From an uncultured Oscillospiraceae bacterium (lineage in GTDB: Bacteria; Bacillota; Clostridia; Oscillospirales; Oscillospiraceae), in NCBI GenBank assembly GCA_934561515.1, contig CAKTGM010000002.1, forward strand, positions 45,384 through 109,383: a stretch of DNA of 64,000 nt, written 5' to 3'. This document shows, piece after piece, positions 11,593-20,288 of this stretch. Every line of letters begins with the position of its first letter. Position 1 is the stretch's first letter. The position numbers and the translations under genes are program-made. Under the pieces are notes generated by a model. That model was not told where the DNA came from. It was given only the letters and a program-made list of their open reading frames with translations, and made no database searches.

Positions 11593-12921
11593 TCAAAGCG
11601 GGACGATGCGCACAAAGCGCGCCTCCTCCTTGCTCTGCGGCAGGAAGGAAACGTCCGTTCCCAACCGCCAGACGGCGGCGAGCCGGCCGCCCAGGTAAAT
11701 TGCGGGCAGCGTGTCGCGCTCGGGCAGTGCGATCTTTTTGTCCACGCACAGGCGCTTGACGCTGCGCGCGCCGTTCGCGCCCTCGAGCGTCAAACGCGCG
11801 GAGAGATCGCAGGGGGCAGCGAGGAATCCTTCGCCCGCCTTCGCTGCGCGGAGCGTCAGCCCCTCGCCCTGCGGATATCGCAGCAGCGTCAGCTCGAAGT
11901 TTCCCCAGCGCAGGGGAACGCCCTCCGTAAGCGCCGCTCTTTGCGGCGCGGCGGGGGAGAGGGACATGGTAAAAAGACCGTCTGCCATGCGGACGGTCGC
12001 CCCGCGCGGCAGCGCGAGCTGCCGGGCCGCCGCGTCGTCTCTTTGTGCGAGTGCGAGAACGGCGCTCAGCGTTTCGCGGCCAATGTCCCGTCGCCCGACG
12101 CCGCTCTCGTCCGCCATGCGCAGCACAGCGCGCGCCTGCACCGATGCATCGAACACGCGGAAGGCTGCAAGCGGCAGCGAAATGCCTCCCTCTTTCCGCA
12201 CTGCGGCGGAGAGAAGCTTATCTGCCTGCCGCTCGATCGAATCGTCGAGCGAAGCAAGCGAGCGCGCCGTTGCGGCGATGTGTTCGCCTGCACGGGGATT
12301 GATCTCACGAAGGCGGGGCAGAATTTCAAGGCGCAGATAATTTCGCGCGGCAGCGTTCGGGTCTGCGTTCGTGCGGTCCTCAACGTGCGGGATGCCGTGA
12401 GAGCGCGCGTAGGCGGCAAGCTCCGCGCGCGTCTGCTCCAGAAAGGGGCGGACGAGGCCATCCTGCTTTGGGCGCATGGCGCAAAGCCCGCGCAGATCCG
12501 TCCCGCGGACGAGGTTCAGAAGCACCGTTTCGGCGTTGTCGTCCGCGTGATGCGCCAGCGCAAGCTGCGCATTCAGGGCTTTCGCCGTTTCGCGCAGAAA
12601 GGCATAGCGCAGGTCGCGCGCGGCCTCCTCCTCGCTCTTCCCCGTCGCCCGCGCGTGCGCGCGCACGTCGCCGGAGCCTGCGTAGAAGGGAACGCCCTCC
12701 TTTTCGCACCACGCGCGGACGAAGGCCTCGTCACGCGCGGCCTCTTCGCCGCGCAGACGGTGGTTGAAGTGCGCGCAGCAGACCGCATAGCCCTGCGCGC
12801 GCAGGAAGTGCAGCAGGCACATCGAGTCCACGCCGCCGGACACGGCGGCGAGCACGGGGCGGCCTTTTTCGAGATACTGCGCGCAGAGCGCACTTGCCCG
12901 CGGCAGCTCAGTCCTCTTCAT
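11593..12921 (-). CDS. tilS: tRNA(Ile)-lysidine synthetase
   Basis: N-terminal PP-loop SGGVDS; the 14-nt overlap with the dnaB stop suggests translational coupling. Confidence 0.85.
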   Translation of the reverse strand: MKRTELPRASALCAQYLEKGRPVLAAVSGGVDSMCLLHFLRAQGYAVCCAHFNHRLRGEEAARDEAFVRAWCEKEGVPFYAGSGDVRAHARATGKSEEEAARDLRYAFLRETAKALNAQLALAHHADDNAETVLLNLVRGTDLRGLCAMRPKQDGLVRPFLEQTRAELAAYARSHGIPHVEDRTNADPNAAARNYLRLEILPRLREINPRAGEHIAATARSLASLDDSIERQADKLLSAAVRKEGGISLPLAAFRVFDASVQARAVLRMADESGVGRRDIGRETLSAVLALAQRDDAAARQLALPRGATVRMADGLFTMSLSPAAPQRAALTEGVPLRWGNFELTLLRYPQGEGLTLRAAKAGEGFLAAPCDLSARLTLEGANGARSVKRLCVDKKIALPERDTLPAIYLGGRLAAVWRLGTDVSFLPQSKEEARFVRIVPL

Positions 12922-14254
12922 GGCGGTAGTCGAGAGAGGAGAAGGTCGTATACTGCGGCGACCAGGCGAGCTCTACCTTGCCCGTTTCGCCGTGGCGGTT
13001 CTTGGCGAGGATGCACTCGGCGATGTTGCGCTTTTCCGAGTCCTCATTATAGTAGTCGTCGCGGTAGAGGAACATGACGATGTCCGCGTCCTGCTCGATG
13101 GCGCCCGATTCACGAAGGTCGGAGAGCATGGGGCGCTTGTCCTCGCGCTTTTCGTTCGCACGCGAGAGCTGCGAGAGACACAGCACGGGCACTTGCAGCT
13201 CCTTTGCCATGATCTTGAGCATACGGGAAATGTCGCTGACCACCTGCTGGCGGCTCTCGCCGCTGTAGCCCTTCGTGCCGGAGGAGGCCATCAGCTGCAA
13301 GTAGTCGATGACGACGAGACCCAGATTGTCGATGCGGCGGCACTTGGCGTTCATGTCCGCGGCGGTGAGCAGGGGATTGTCGTCAATGAGAATGTCGAGC
13401 CCCGAGAGGATCGAGGCGGCGTTTGCGATGTTGACCCAGTCCTGCTCGCGCAGGTTGCCCGTCACGAGCCGCTGGTTTTCGACCGTCGCCTGATTGGACA
13501 GAATGCGCGTGACGAGCTGCTCGCGCGACATTTCGAGCGAGAAGATGGCCACCGCCTGCCCGCTCGCGCGGGCGACATTGAGCGCAAGGTTCAGCGCCAT
13601 ACTGGTCTTACCCATACCGGGACGCGCGGCCAGCAGCACAAGGTCTGATTTATTGAGACCGTTCATCTTATCGTCGAGCACGCCAAAGCCTGTGGAAAGG
13701 CCCGGCAGCGTCTTGCCGCCGTTCGCGCTCAGCTCGCTCAAGTGGTCGAGCACGCCCTGGAGCACCACGCCGATGCTCGTCATGCTCTGCGCGCTGCGCC
13801 CGCGGCGCACGGCGTAGATCTTCTGCTCCGCCGCGTCGAGCACGCCGGAGGCGCCGCCCGTGCCGTCCTGCACCATGGAGGAGATCTCCCCCGCCGCGGT
13901 GTAGAGCGCGCGCAGCAGCGCCTTGTCGCGCACGATGCCGACGTATTCCATCACGTTTGCGCTCGTGGGCGTCACGTCCATGAGCTGGGCGAGGTACGGG
14001 CGCGTGGTGTTTTCATCGTAGGTGCCGTTTTTCTCCATCTCGCCCGCGACGGTCACGCCGTCGATGGGCTTGGAGTAGACGAACATGGAGTAGATCGTCT
14101 CGAAGATCTCGCGGTTCTGCTTTAGGTAAAAATCGTCGGGGCGGAGCTGCTCCATCACGTCCTTGACGCAGTTTGCGTCGATGAGCATCGAGCCGATGAC
14201 GGCCTGCTCCGCCTCGAGGGAGTGAGGCATCTGCCGGTAGAAGATATCCTCCAC
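12908..14254 (-). CDS. dnaB: Replicative DNA helicase (DnaB-family; called DnaC in Bacillus)
   Basis: Walker A GMGKT and the DnaB C-terminal RecA-like domain; GTG start 7 nt after an AAGGAGG SD. Confidence 0.9.
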   Translation of the reverse strand: MEDIFYRQMPHSLEAEQAVIGSMLIDANCVKDVMEQLRPDDFYLKQNREIFETIYSMFVYSKPIDGVTVAGEMEKNGTYDENTTRPYLAQLMDVTPTSANVMEYVGIVRDKALLRALYTAAGEISSMVQDGTGGASGVLDAAEQKIYAVRRGRSAQSMTSIGVVLQGVLDHLSELSANGGKTLPGLSTGFGVLDDKMNGLNKSDLVLLAARPGMGKTSMALNLALNVARASGQAVAIFSLEMSREQLVTRILSNQATVENQRLVTGNLREQDWVNIANAASILSGLDILIDDNPLLTAADMNAKCRRIDNLGLVVIDYLQLMASSGTKGYSGESRQQVVSDISRMLKIMAKELQVPVLCLSQLSRANEKREDKRPMLSDLRESGAIEQDADIVMFLYRDDYYNEDSEKRNIAECILAKNRHGETGKVELAWSPQYTTFSSLDYRHEED

Positions 14255-14291
14255 GTAGAAGCCCTCCTTATCGCGTAATGTTGCGCCTTTT

Positions 14292-14738
14292 TTACTCCTC
14301 GCTCACGCTGACGGAGAACTTGGCGCTGACCTCGTAGCCGAGCTTTGCCTTCACTTCATAAGTGCCGTAGGCCTTGATGGGCTCGTCGAGCACGATCTTC
14401 TGCTTGGGTACGTCGAGCCGGAACTGGCTCATAAGTCCCTCGGAGATCTCCTTGCTCGTGATGGCGCCGAAGAGCTTGCCCTCCTTGCCGCCCTTGGCCG
14501 TGAGCTTCACGGTCACGCTCTTGAGCTTCGCGCCCATCTCAACGGCGGCCTGACGGTTCGCGGCTTCCTCGGCTCTGCGGGCCTTTTCCTTCAGGTTCAT
14601 GGTGTTGATCGCGTCGGCCGTGGCGAGCACGGCGAGCTTGCGCGGCAGCAGGAAGTTTCTGGCGTAGCCTTCGGCTGCGTCGATGAGCTGGCCCTTCTTG
14701 CCCTGACCTCTGACGTCCTGCGTTAAAATGACTTTCAT
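14292..14738 (-). CDS. rplI: 50S ribosomal protein L9
   Basis: MKVILTQDVRGQGKKGQLIDAAEGYARNFLLPRKLA is canonical L9; AAGGAGGA SD. Confidence 0.95.
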   Translation of the reverse strand: MKVILTQDVRGQGKKGQLIDAAEGYARNFLLPRKLAVLATADAINTMNLKEKARRAEEAANRQAAVEMGAKLKSVTVKLTAKGGKEGKLFGAITSKEISEGLMSQFRLDVPKQKIVLDEPIKAYGTYEVKAKLGYEVSAKFSVSVSEE

Positions 14739-14762
14739 GTGTATGTCCTCCTTATGGGTGAT

Positions 14763-16754
14763 TTACTCTTCTGTATATTCGTCGATGGCGGTGAGCAGAC
14801 GCTCGCGCACCTCGTCCACGGTGGCGTCAGCCACCTGTCCGCCGGCGGTGGTGGAATTTCCGCCGCCGCCGAGCTTTTCCATGATGAACTGCACGTTGAT
14901 CTCGCCGAGCGAGCGCGCGGAAAGGTTCACGCCCGTGCCGAGCTTGAAGAGAACGAACGAGGCGTGGATGCCCGAGAGCGTCAATAGCTCGTCGGCCGCC
15001 TTGGCCGCCGTCACGCGGTCGATCTCCTTTTCGACCGCCGCCACCGCAATGTCGCCGTGGACGAGCTCTGCATGGCGGATGATGTCGTAGCGCTCGATCA
15101 TGCCGGCAAGGTCGCTCTGGAAGAGGCGTTGCACATCCGAGGTGTCCGCGCCCGCGCGGCGCAGGAAGGCGGCGGCCTCGAAGGTGCGCCCGCCGGTGCG
15201 CATCGTAAAGTTCTTCGTGTCGAGCACGATGCCCGCGAGCAGCGCCTCGGACTCCGCGCGAAGCAGGTCGGTGGGGTCGGCGAGGTACTGCAAAAGCTCC
15301 GTGACAAGCTCGGACGCGCTCGAGGCGTAGGGCTCGTGGAAGTTGAGCGCGGCGGATTCAATGTAATTGGCGGCTCTTCTGTGGTGGTCGATGACCGCCA
15401 CGCGGTTGCACGCGTCGAGCAGCTGCTCGGATTCGACAAAGTCGGGGCGGTTGGTGTCCACCACAACGAGCAGCGCGCCGGGCTGGGCGGAGATGAAAGC
15501 GTCGCTCCCGGAGATGAACACATCCTTATACTCGGGCAGGGAGGCGAGCTTTGTGAGGATGGGCTTTGCAACGTTGTCCTCCATGTCGATGACGATCTGC
15601 GCCTTCTTGCCGCGCTTGCGCGCGATGCAGCAGATGCCCGCCGCCGCGCCGACGGCGTCCATGTCCGCGTGCTTGTGGCCCATGACGAAGATCTGCCCCG
15701 CGTCGGAGATGAGCTCGCCGAGGGCGTTGGCCATCACGCGGGATTTGACCTTCGTGCGCTTTTCGGTGGATTTCGACTTGCCGCCGTAGAACTCAAAGTC
15801 GAGGCGGTTGCGCACAACGACCTGGTCGCCGCCGCGCGAGAGCGCCATTTCGATCGAGAGCATGGCGTTCTGGTAGAGCGTTTCATAGTCGTCCACATCC
15901 TTGCCCACGCCGATCGAGAGCGTCGCGGCCACGCCGTCCTCGGTGACGACGCTTCGCACCGTGTCGAGCACGGAGAATTTGCCCTCGAGCAGCTTCTGAT
16001 ACTCCTGCTCGGTCGTGACGAGCATATAGCGGTTGCGGTCGAACTTGCGCAGCAGGCTGTGGGAGTCGGTGAGCCATGCGCTGAGCTTTTCGTCGATGGC
16101 GGCGAGCACTGCGCTGCGCGAGGCCTCGCTGCCGGCCTTCATCAGCTCTTCATAGTTGTCGATGACGATGACCGACACGATGGGGCGGCGGCTCTCGTTC
16201 TCCTCGCGCAGCGCGTCCTGCTCGGTCACATCCATCCAGTAGGTCGTTGCGAGAAGACCCTGCCCGCCGCGGCGGGAGGAGGGATGACTCAGGTTGCCGA
16301 ACACGCGGAAGTGCCGCCCGCCGAGCATGACCGTTTCGGGGCATTCGCTCTTGCCCTCGAGCAGCCAGTGGGTCGGGAAATCGGGCAGGACATCGTCAAC
16401 GCGGTTGTCGAAGATGTCCTCCTGCACGCCCGTGAGCTGCAAAAAGCTGTCGTTGCTCCAGAGGATCTCCTGCGTGTCGGGGCGGAAGACCATCATCGCA
16501 AACGGGGCCGAGAGCATCGAGGCCTTGTCGGCCGAGGTCATATCGTCGGTCATGTCGTCGATGTAGCGGCGGATACCCTCGCGGCGCTTCTGCGCCGTGT
16601 GGCGGAAGTACCACAGGAGGAATGTGACCGCCGCGGCCTCGCACACGGCGAGCGGAACGTTCACGCGCAGCGTGACGGCGGCAAATAGAAAGCCGACGAC
16701 AAAGTAGAGCCGGAAGCTGGGGTCCACCAGCTTGCTGATCTTTTTGTTCTTCAT
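14763..16754 (-). CDS. gdpP: Cyclic-di-AMP phosphodiesterase GdpP
   Basis: Two N-terminal TM helices, a PAS-like region, a degenerate GGDEF domain, and DHH (DHH motif) plus DHHA1 (GGGH-type) domains; conserved gdpP-rplI-dnaB synteny; start trimmed to MKNKK with a GGGAGG SD. Confidence 0.85.
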   Translation of the reverse strand: MKNKKISKLVDPSFRLYFVVGFLFAAVTLRVNVPLAVCEAAAVTFLLWYFRHTAQKRREGIRRYIDDMTDDMTSADKASMLSAPFAMMVFRPDTQEILWSNDSFLQLTGVQEDIFDNRVDDVLPDFPTHWLLEGKSECPETVMLGGRHFRVFGNLSHPSSRRGGQGLLATTYWMDVTEQDALREENESRRPIVSVIVIDNYEELMKAGSEASRSAVLAAIDEKLSAWLTDSHSLLRKFDRNRYMLVTTEQEYQKLLEGKFSVLDTVRSVVTEDGVAATLSIGVGKDVDDYETLYQNAMLSIEMALSRGGDQVVVRNRLDFEFYGGKSKSTEKRTKVKSRVMANALGELISDAGQIFVMGHKHADMDAVGAAAGICCIARKRGKKAQIVIDMEDNVAKPILTKLASLPEYKDVFISGSDAFISAQPGALLVVVDTNRPDFVESEQLLDACNRVAVIDHHRRAANYIESAALNFHEPYASSASELVTELLQYLADPTDLLRAESEALLAGIVLDTKNFTMRTGGRTFEAAAFLRRAGADTSDVQRLFQSDLAGMIERYDIIRHAELVHGDIAVAAVEKEIDRVTAAKAADELLTLSGIHASFVLFKLGTGVNLSARSLGEINVQFIMEKLGGGGNSTTAGGQVADATVDEVRERLLTAIDEYTEE

Positions 16755-16893
16755 AAGGGGCTGCCTCCCGTCCGGATAATGATTGCACAGGGGAATAATC
16801 CATTTCATTATAGCACGCCGCATGGAGCGGTGACAAGGGGTGACAAGGCGGATACACCTATAAAAAACAAAAATTTATTCGCTCGACAAAAAA

Positions 16894-16927
16894 TGTGGTA
16901 TACTTTTTGCGCGGAATGTGCTATACT
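16894..16927 (+). promoter_or_regulatory. Tandem extended -10 promoter elements ATGTGGTATACT and ATGTGCTATACT in the gdpP/rnj divergent region
   Basis: Two TGnTATACT elements 23 nt apart, facing rnj; the same 12-mer recurs upstream of mnmE and the HAD hydrolase. Confidence 0.4.
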
Positions 16928-17194
16928 ATCCCGTGCACAGCAGGAAAACGCGCGATTTTCTCCGCGCGGGGCGCTGTTCTTTCTACGGTTTTGGCCGCGG
17001 CTTGATCGCGGTTTTTATAAAAAATGTCCATATGGGTCTTCAAGGCGCCGCAGGTGCAATTGCTTCGTGATGCAGGGCGAAGTATGCGCACGGACGTCTC
17101 TTCTGCCTTGCGCCCGTTGACCCGGACAGAGAACAAATTCAAAACAAATCTATCGTTTTTATACGTCAAACGAATCAAAGGAGTTGAACCAGCA

Positions 17195-18856
17195 TTGGCT
17201 GAACAGTTAAAAATCATCCCCCTCGGCGGTCTCAATGAGATCGGCAAGAATATGACCGTGTACGAGTACGGCGGCGAGATCATCGTGGTCGACTGCGGCA
17301 TGGCCTTCCCCGGCGACGATATGTACGGCATCGACTGCGTCATTCCCGACGTGAGCTATCTTGTTAAGCACAAGAACCGCATCCGCGGTATGTTCATCAC
17401 CCACGGGCACGAGGACCACATCGGCGCCGTGCCCTACATCCTCAAAAAGGTCAATATGCCCATCTACTGCACGCGTCTCACGGCAGGGCTCATCCGCTTA
17501 AAGCTCGAAGAGCACGGCCTTCTTAAGTCGACGAAGATCGTCACGGTGGAAAGCGGCATGACCGTCAAGGCCGGCAAATTCAGCGTGGAGTTCATCCACG
17601 TCAACCACTCGATCGCGGACTCTGTGTCCTTTGCCATCCACACGGGACTCGGCACGGTCGTCCACACGGGCGACTTCAAGATCGACTCGACGCCCATCGA
17701 CGGCGAGGTGATCGACCTTGCCCGCTTCGGCGAGCTCGGCAAGCAGGGCGTTCTCGCGCTGCTTGCGGATTCGACGAACGTTGAGCGCCCCGGCTACACG
17801 ATGAGCGAGCGCACCGTGGGAAGGACCTTCAACCGCCTTTTCCAGGGCTGCAAGCAGCGCATCATCGTCACGACCTTCGCCTCCAACGTCCACCGCATCC
17901 AGCAGATCATGGACGCGGCGGCGGAGTGCGGGCGCAAGGTGGCCGTCACGGGCCGCAGCATGGAGAATGTGACAAAGGTCGCGATGGACCTCGGCTATAT
18001 GAAGCCGCCGAAGAACACCGTCGTCGAGCTCAATAAGATCAAGTCGATGCCGCTTGAAAAGCAGGTCATCGTCACCACCGGCTCGCAGGGCGAGGAGATG
18101 TCCGCCCTGTACCGCATGGCCTTCTCCCAGCACAAGCAGATCGAGGTCGGCCCCGGCGACCGCGTCATCATCTCGGCTTCCGCCATCCCCGGCAACGAAA
18201 ATACCGTCTCGCGCGTCATCAACGAGCTCTTCCGCAAGGGCGTGGAGGTCATCTACGACCGCGCGGATATGCTGCACGTTTCGGGCCACGCCTGCCAGGA
18301 GGAGCTCAAGATCATCCACGCGCTGACAAAGCCCAAGTACTTTATCCCCGTCCACGGCGAGCAGCGGATGCTCCAGATCCATAAGGACCTTGCCCTCCAG
18401 ATGGGCATGGACCGCAGAAACATCGTCATCTGCGACAATGGCGACGCCGTTGAGATCGGCGCGCGCTCGATGAAGTGCGTGCCCGGCTACGCGCCTGCGG
18501 GCGAGGTGTTTGTCGACGGCTACGGTGTCGGCGACGTCGGCGCGGTGGTGCTGCGCGACCGCAAGCACCTTGCAGAGGACGGTATGGTCGTCGTCGTGCT
18601 GCCGGTCTCCGCGCAGAACGGCGACCTGCTCGCAGAGCCGGAGATCATCACGCGCGGCTTCATCTACGTCAAGGATTCCGAGGAGCTCCTGCAAGATCTC
18701 AGGAATCTCACGATGTCCACGGCGGAGGCGTTCCGCGGCAAGCGCGGACGCGACATGAACGAGCTCAAGGGCGCGATCCGCAGCGCTGTGAGCAACTATC
18801 TCTTCAAGGCGACCAGGCGCAGCCCCATGGTGCTGCCGGTCATCACGAGACTTTAA
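17195..18856 (+). CDS. rnj: Ribonuclease J (metallo-beta-lactamase / beta-CASP)
   Basis: HGHEDH motif and a beta-CASP domain; aligns along its length with B. subtilis RNase J1; the TTG start with an AAAGGAG SD is inferred from alignment (the in-frame ATG at 17024 would add 57 aa). Confidence 0.8.
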   Translation: MAEQLKIIPLGGLNEIGKNMTVYEYGGEIIVVDCGMAFPGDDMYGIDCVIPDVSYLVKHKNRIRGMFITHGHEDHIGAVPYILKKVNMPIYCTRLTAGLIRLKLEEHGLLKSTKIVTVESGMTVKAGKFSVEFIHVNHSIADSVSFAIHTGLGTVVHTGDFKIDSTPIDGEVIDLARFGELGKQGVLALLADSTNVERPGYTMSERTVGRTFNRLFQGCKQRIIVTTFASNVHRIQQIMDAAAECGRKVAVTGRSMENVTKVAMDLGYMKPPKNTVVELNKIKSMPLEKQVIVTTGSQGEEMSALYRMAFSQHKQIEVGPGDRVIISASAIPGNENTVSRVINELFRKGVEVIYDRADMLHVSGHACQEELKIIHALTKPKYFIPVHGEQRMLQIHKDLALQMGMDRRNIVICDNGDAVEIGARSMKCVPGYAPAGEVFVDGYGVGDVGAVVLRDRKHLAEDGMVVVVLPVSAQNGDLLAEPEIITRGFIYVKDSEELLQDLRNLTMSTAEAFRGKRGRDMNELKGAIRSAVSNYLFKATRRSPMVLPVITRL

Positions 18857-18890
18857 ATGGAAGGCGTGGCTTTTGCCACGCCTTCCATTT
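18855..18890 (+). terminator. Intrinsic terminator of rnj
   Basis: GGAAGGCGTGGC-TTTT-GCCACGCCTTCC hairpin followed by a T-run. Confidence 0.75.
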
Positions 18891-18957
18891 AATTTTGAAA
18901 ATACACTCCGCTTCGTGCCTCGCCGCCCACAGGGCGGCTGCGACACGCGCGGAGCGA

Positions 18958-19135
18958 GAAGAGTTTTTTCTGACGCGCATGTCGTCAGAAAAAACGGATT
19001 TGAATTGCTTTCGCGTCTGCGGGCGCGAAAGGCTGCGGTGCTTTTGCGACGCGCATGTCGTGACAATTTACGATTTGAATTGATTTCGCGTCTGCGGACG
19101 CGAAAGTCTGCGACGCGAAAGTCTGCGGTGCGTTG
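18958..19135. repeat. Two tandem imperfect direct repeats of about 80 bp with internal palindromes
   Basis: GACGCGCATGTCGT..GATTTGAATTG.TTTCGCGTCTGCGG.CGCGAAAG.CTGCG occurs twice (18973-19042, 19047-19132); the first copy carries a 12-bp-stem hairpin TTTTTTCTGACG/CGTCAGAAAAAA. Confidence 0.6.
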
Positions 19136-19140
19136 AACAG

Positions 19141-19177
19141 GGCAGGGAATGCAAATTTTGCATTCCCTGCCTTTTTT
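19141..19177 (+). terminator. Strong intrinsic terminator upstream of the padR promoter
   Basis: GGCAGGGAATGCAAA-TTT-TGCATTCCCTGCC followed by TTTTTTCTG. Confidence 0.7.
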
Positions 19178-19266
19178 CTGTTGACAGACTGCGTGGGATG
19201 TGATAATTTATCGGTAGACGATATATCGGCTGCCGTTATATCGGGAGACGAAAGGAGAGATGCGGC

Positions 19267-19581
19267 ATGGGAACGACGGCGCTGACCGAAGCGGTCTTTT
19301 ATATCCTGCTCTCGCTCGACGCACCGCTGCACGGCTACGGCATCATGCAGAATGTGGAAAACCTGAGCGGCGGGCGCGTGCGCCTTGCCGCGGGCACGCT
19401 CTACGGCGCGCTGGCAACGCTCACCGAGCGCGGCTGGATCGCATCGCTCGGCGATGAGAGCGAGGGGCGCAAGAAGGAATATCAGCTCACGCCCGCAGGG
19501 CGCGAGGCCGTGCGCGCGGAGCTGCGGCGTCTGCACGAGCTGACGCAAAATGGCGACAAACTGACGGAAAGCTGGAGCTGA
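19267..19581 (+). CDS. PadR-family transcriptional regulator (copy 1)
   Basis: Winged-HTH signature (HGYGI..L....G......GTLY.L..L...G); GAAAGGAGAG SD; promoter TTGACA..TGtGATAAT at 19181-19207. Confidence 0.85.
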   Translation: MGTTALTEAVFYILLSLDAPLHGYGIMQNVENLSGGRVRLAAGTLYGALATLTERGWIASLGDESEGRKKEYQLTPAGREAVRAELRRLHELTQNGDKLTESWS

Positions 19582-19595
19582 AAGGAGGACGCGCG

Positions 19596-20213
19596 ATGGC
19601 GAAGGACAAAAAGACAAGGCTGCATCTGTCGAGCTATGCCATTGACCCCGAGCGGATCGAAAGACGGGCAAACGAAATGGCGAAAGAGGGCTGGCTTCTT
19701 GAAAAGTTTGGCTCGCTACTTTCCACCTATCGCCGGGGGGAGCCGGGCGAATACGAGTACCGCGCGCAGGTGAAGGAGGCGGGGATAGACCGCCTCACCT
19801 ACATCGCAGAGCTTACGGAGTTCGGCATTGAAGAGGTCGGCAGCGTGGGCGACCTGCTCGTTCTGCGCAAAAAGGCGGACGGCACGCCCTTTGATCTGTA
19901 CTCAGACCTCGACTCCCTCATCGCCCAGCAGAAAAAAGCCGTGCGCTACCTGCGCGCGGGCCTGATCATGAGCTTTTTCTGGGGAAGCATGATGCTGATG
20001 AATGTGTTGACAACACTGATGAATGCGAACGTCATCGGTAGGTATGCGGGCGTGGCTGCTATCAGATTCAGCTCAGCGCAAATCATTCTCCTTACGGCAG
20101 CTTCGCTGCTTCTACTCGTTTGTATTGTGGGGCTTGTCGATTGTCCGCGGGGACTGCGCCGCGCGAAACGGAAGATCGCATCGCTCGAAGCCGAGCGCGT
20201 CGTGCAGGAGTAA
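19596..20213 (+). CDS. DUF2812-domain membrane protein (copy 1)
   Basis: Conserved PadR partner family; N-terminal soluble domain then two TM helices; AAAGGAGGA SD. Confidence 0.75.
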   Translation: MAKDKKTRLHLSSYAIDPERIERRANEMAKEGWLLEKFGSLLSTYRRGEPGEYEYRAQVKEAGIDRLTYIAELTEFGIEEVGSVGDLLVLRKKADGTPFDLYSDLDSLIAQQKKAVRYLRAGLIMSFFWGSMMLMNVLTTLMNANVIGRYAGVAAIRFSSAQIILLTAASLLLLVCIVGLVDCPRGLRRAKRKIASLEAERVVQE

Positions 20214-20288
20214 GACACCTTGCAAAATGCCGCCGGGCGTTGTACAATATCTCGTCGAAAGAAACAAACGACCGGGAGGAAAGCCGAC

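Noticed and set aside
16779-17120. 113-aa plus-strand ORF in the gdpP-rnj divergent region
   Set aside because: Overlaps the gdpP N-terminal coding region and promoter elements on the antisense strand; no SD; composition typical of a non-coding frame.
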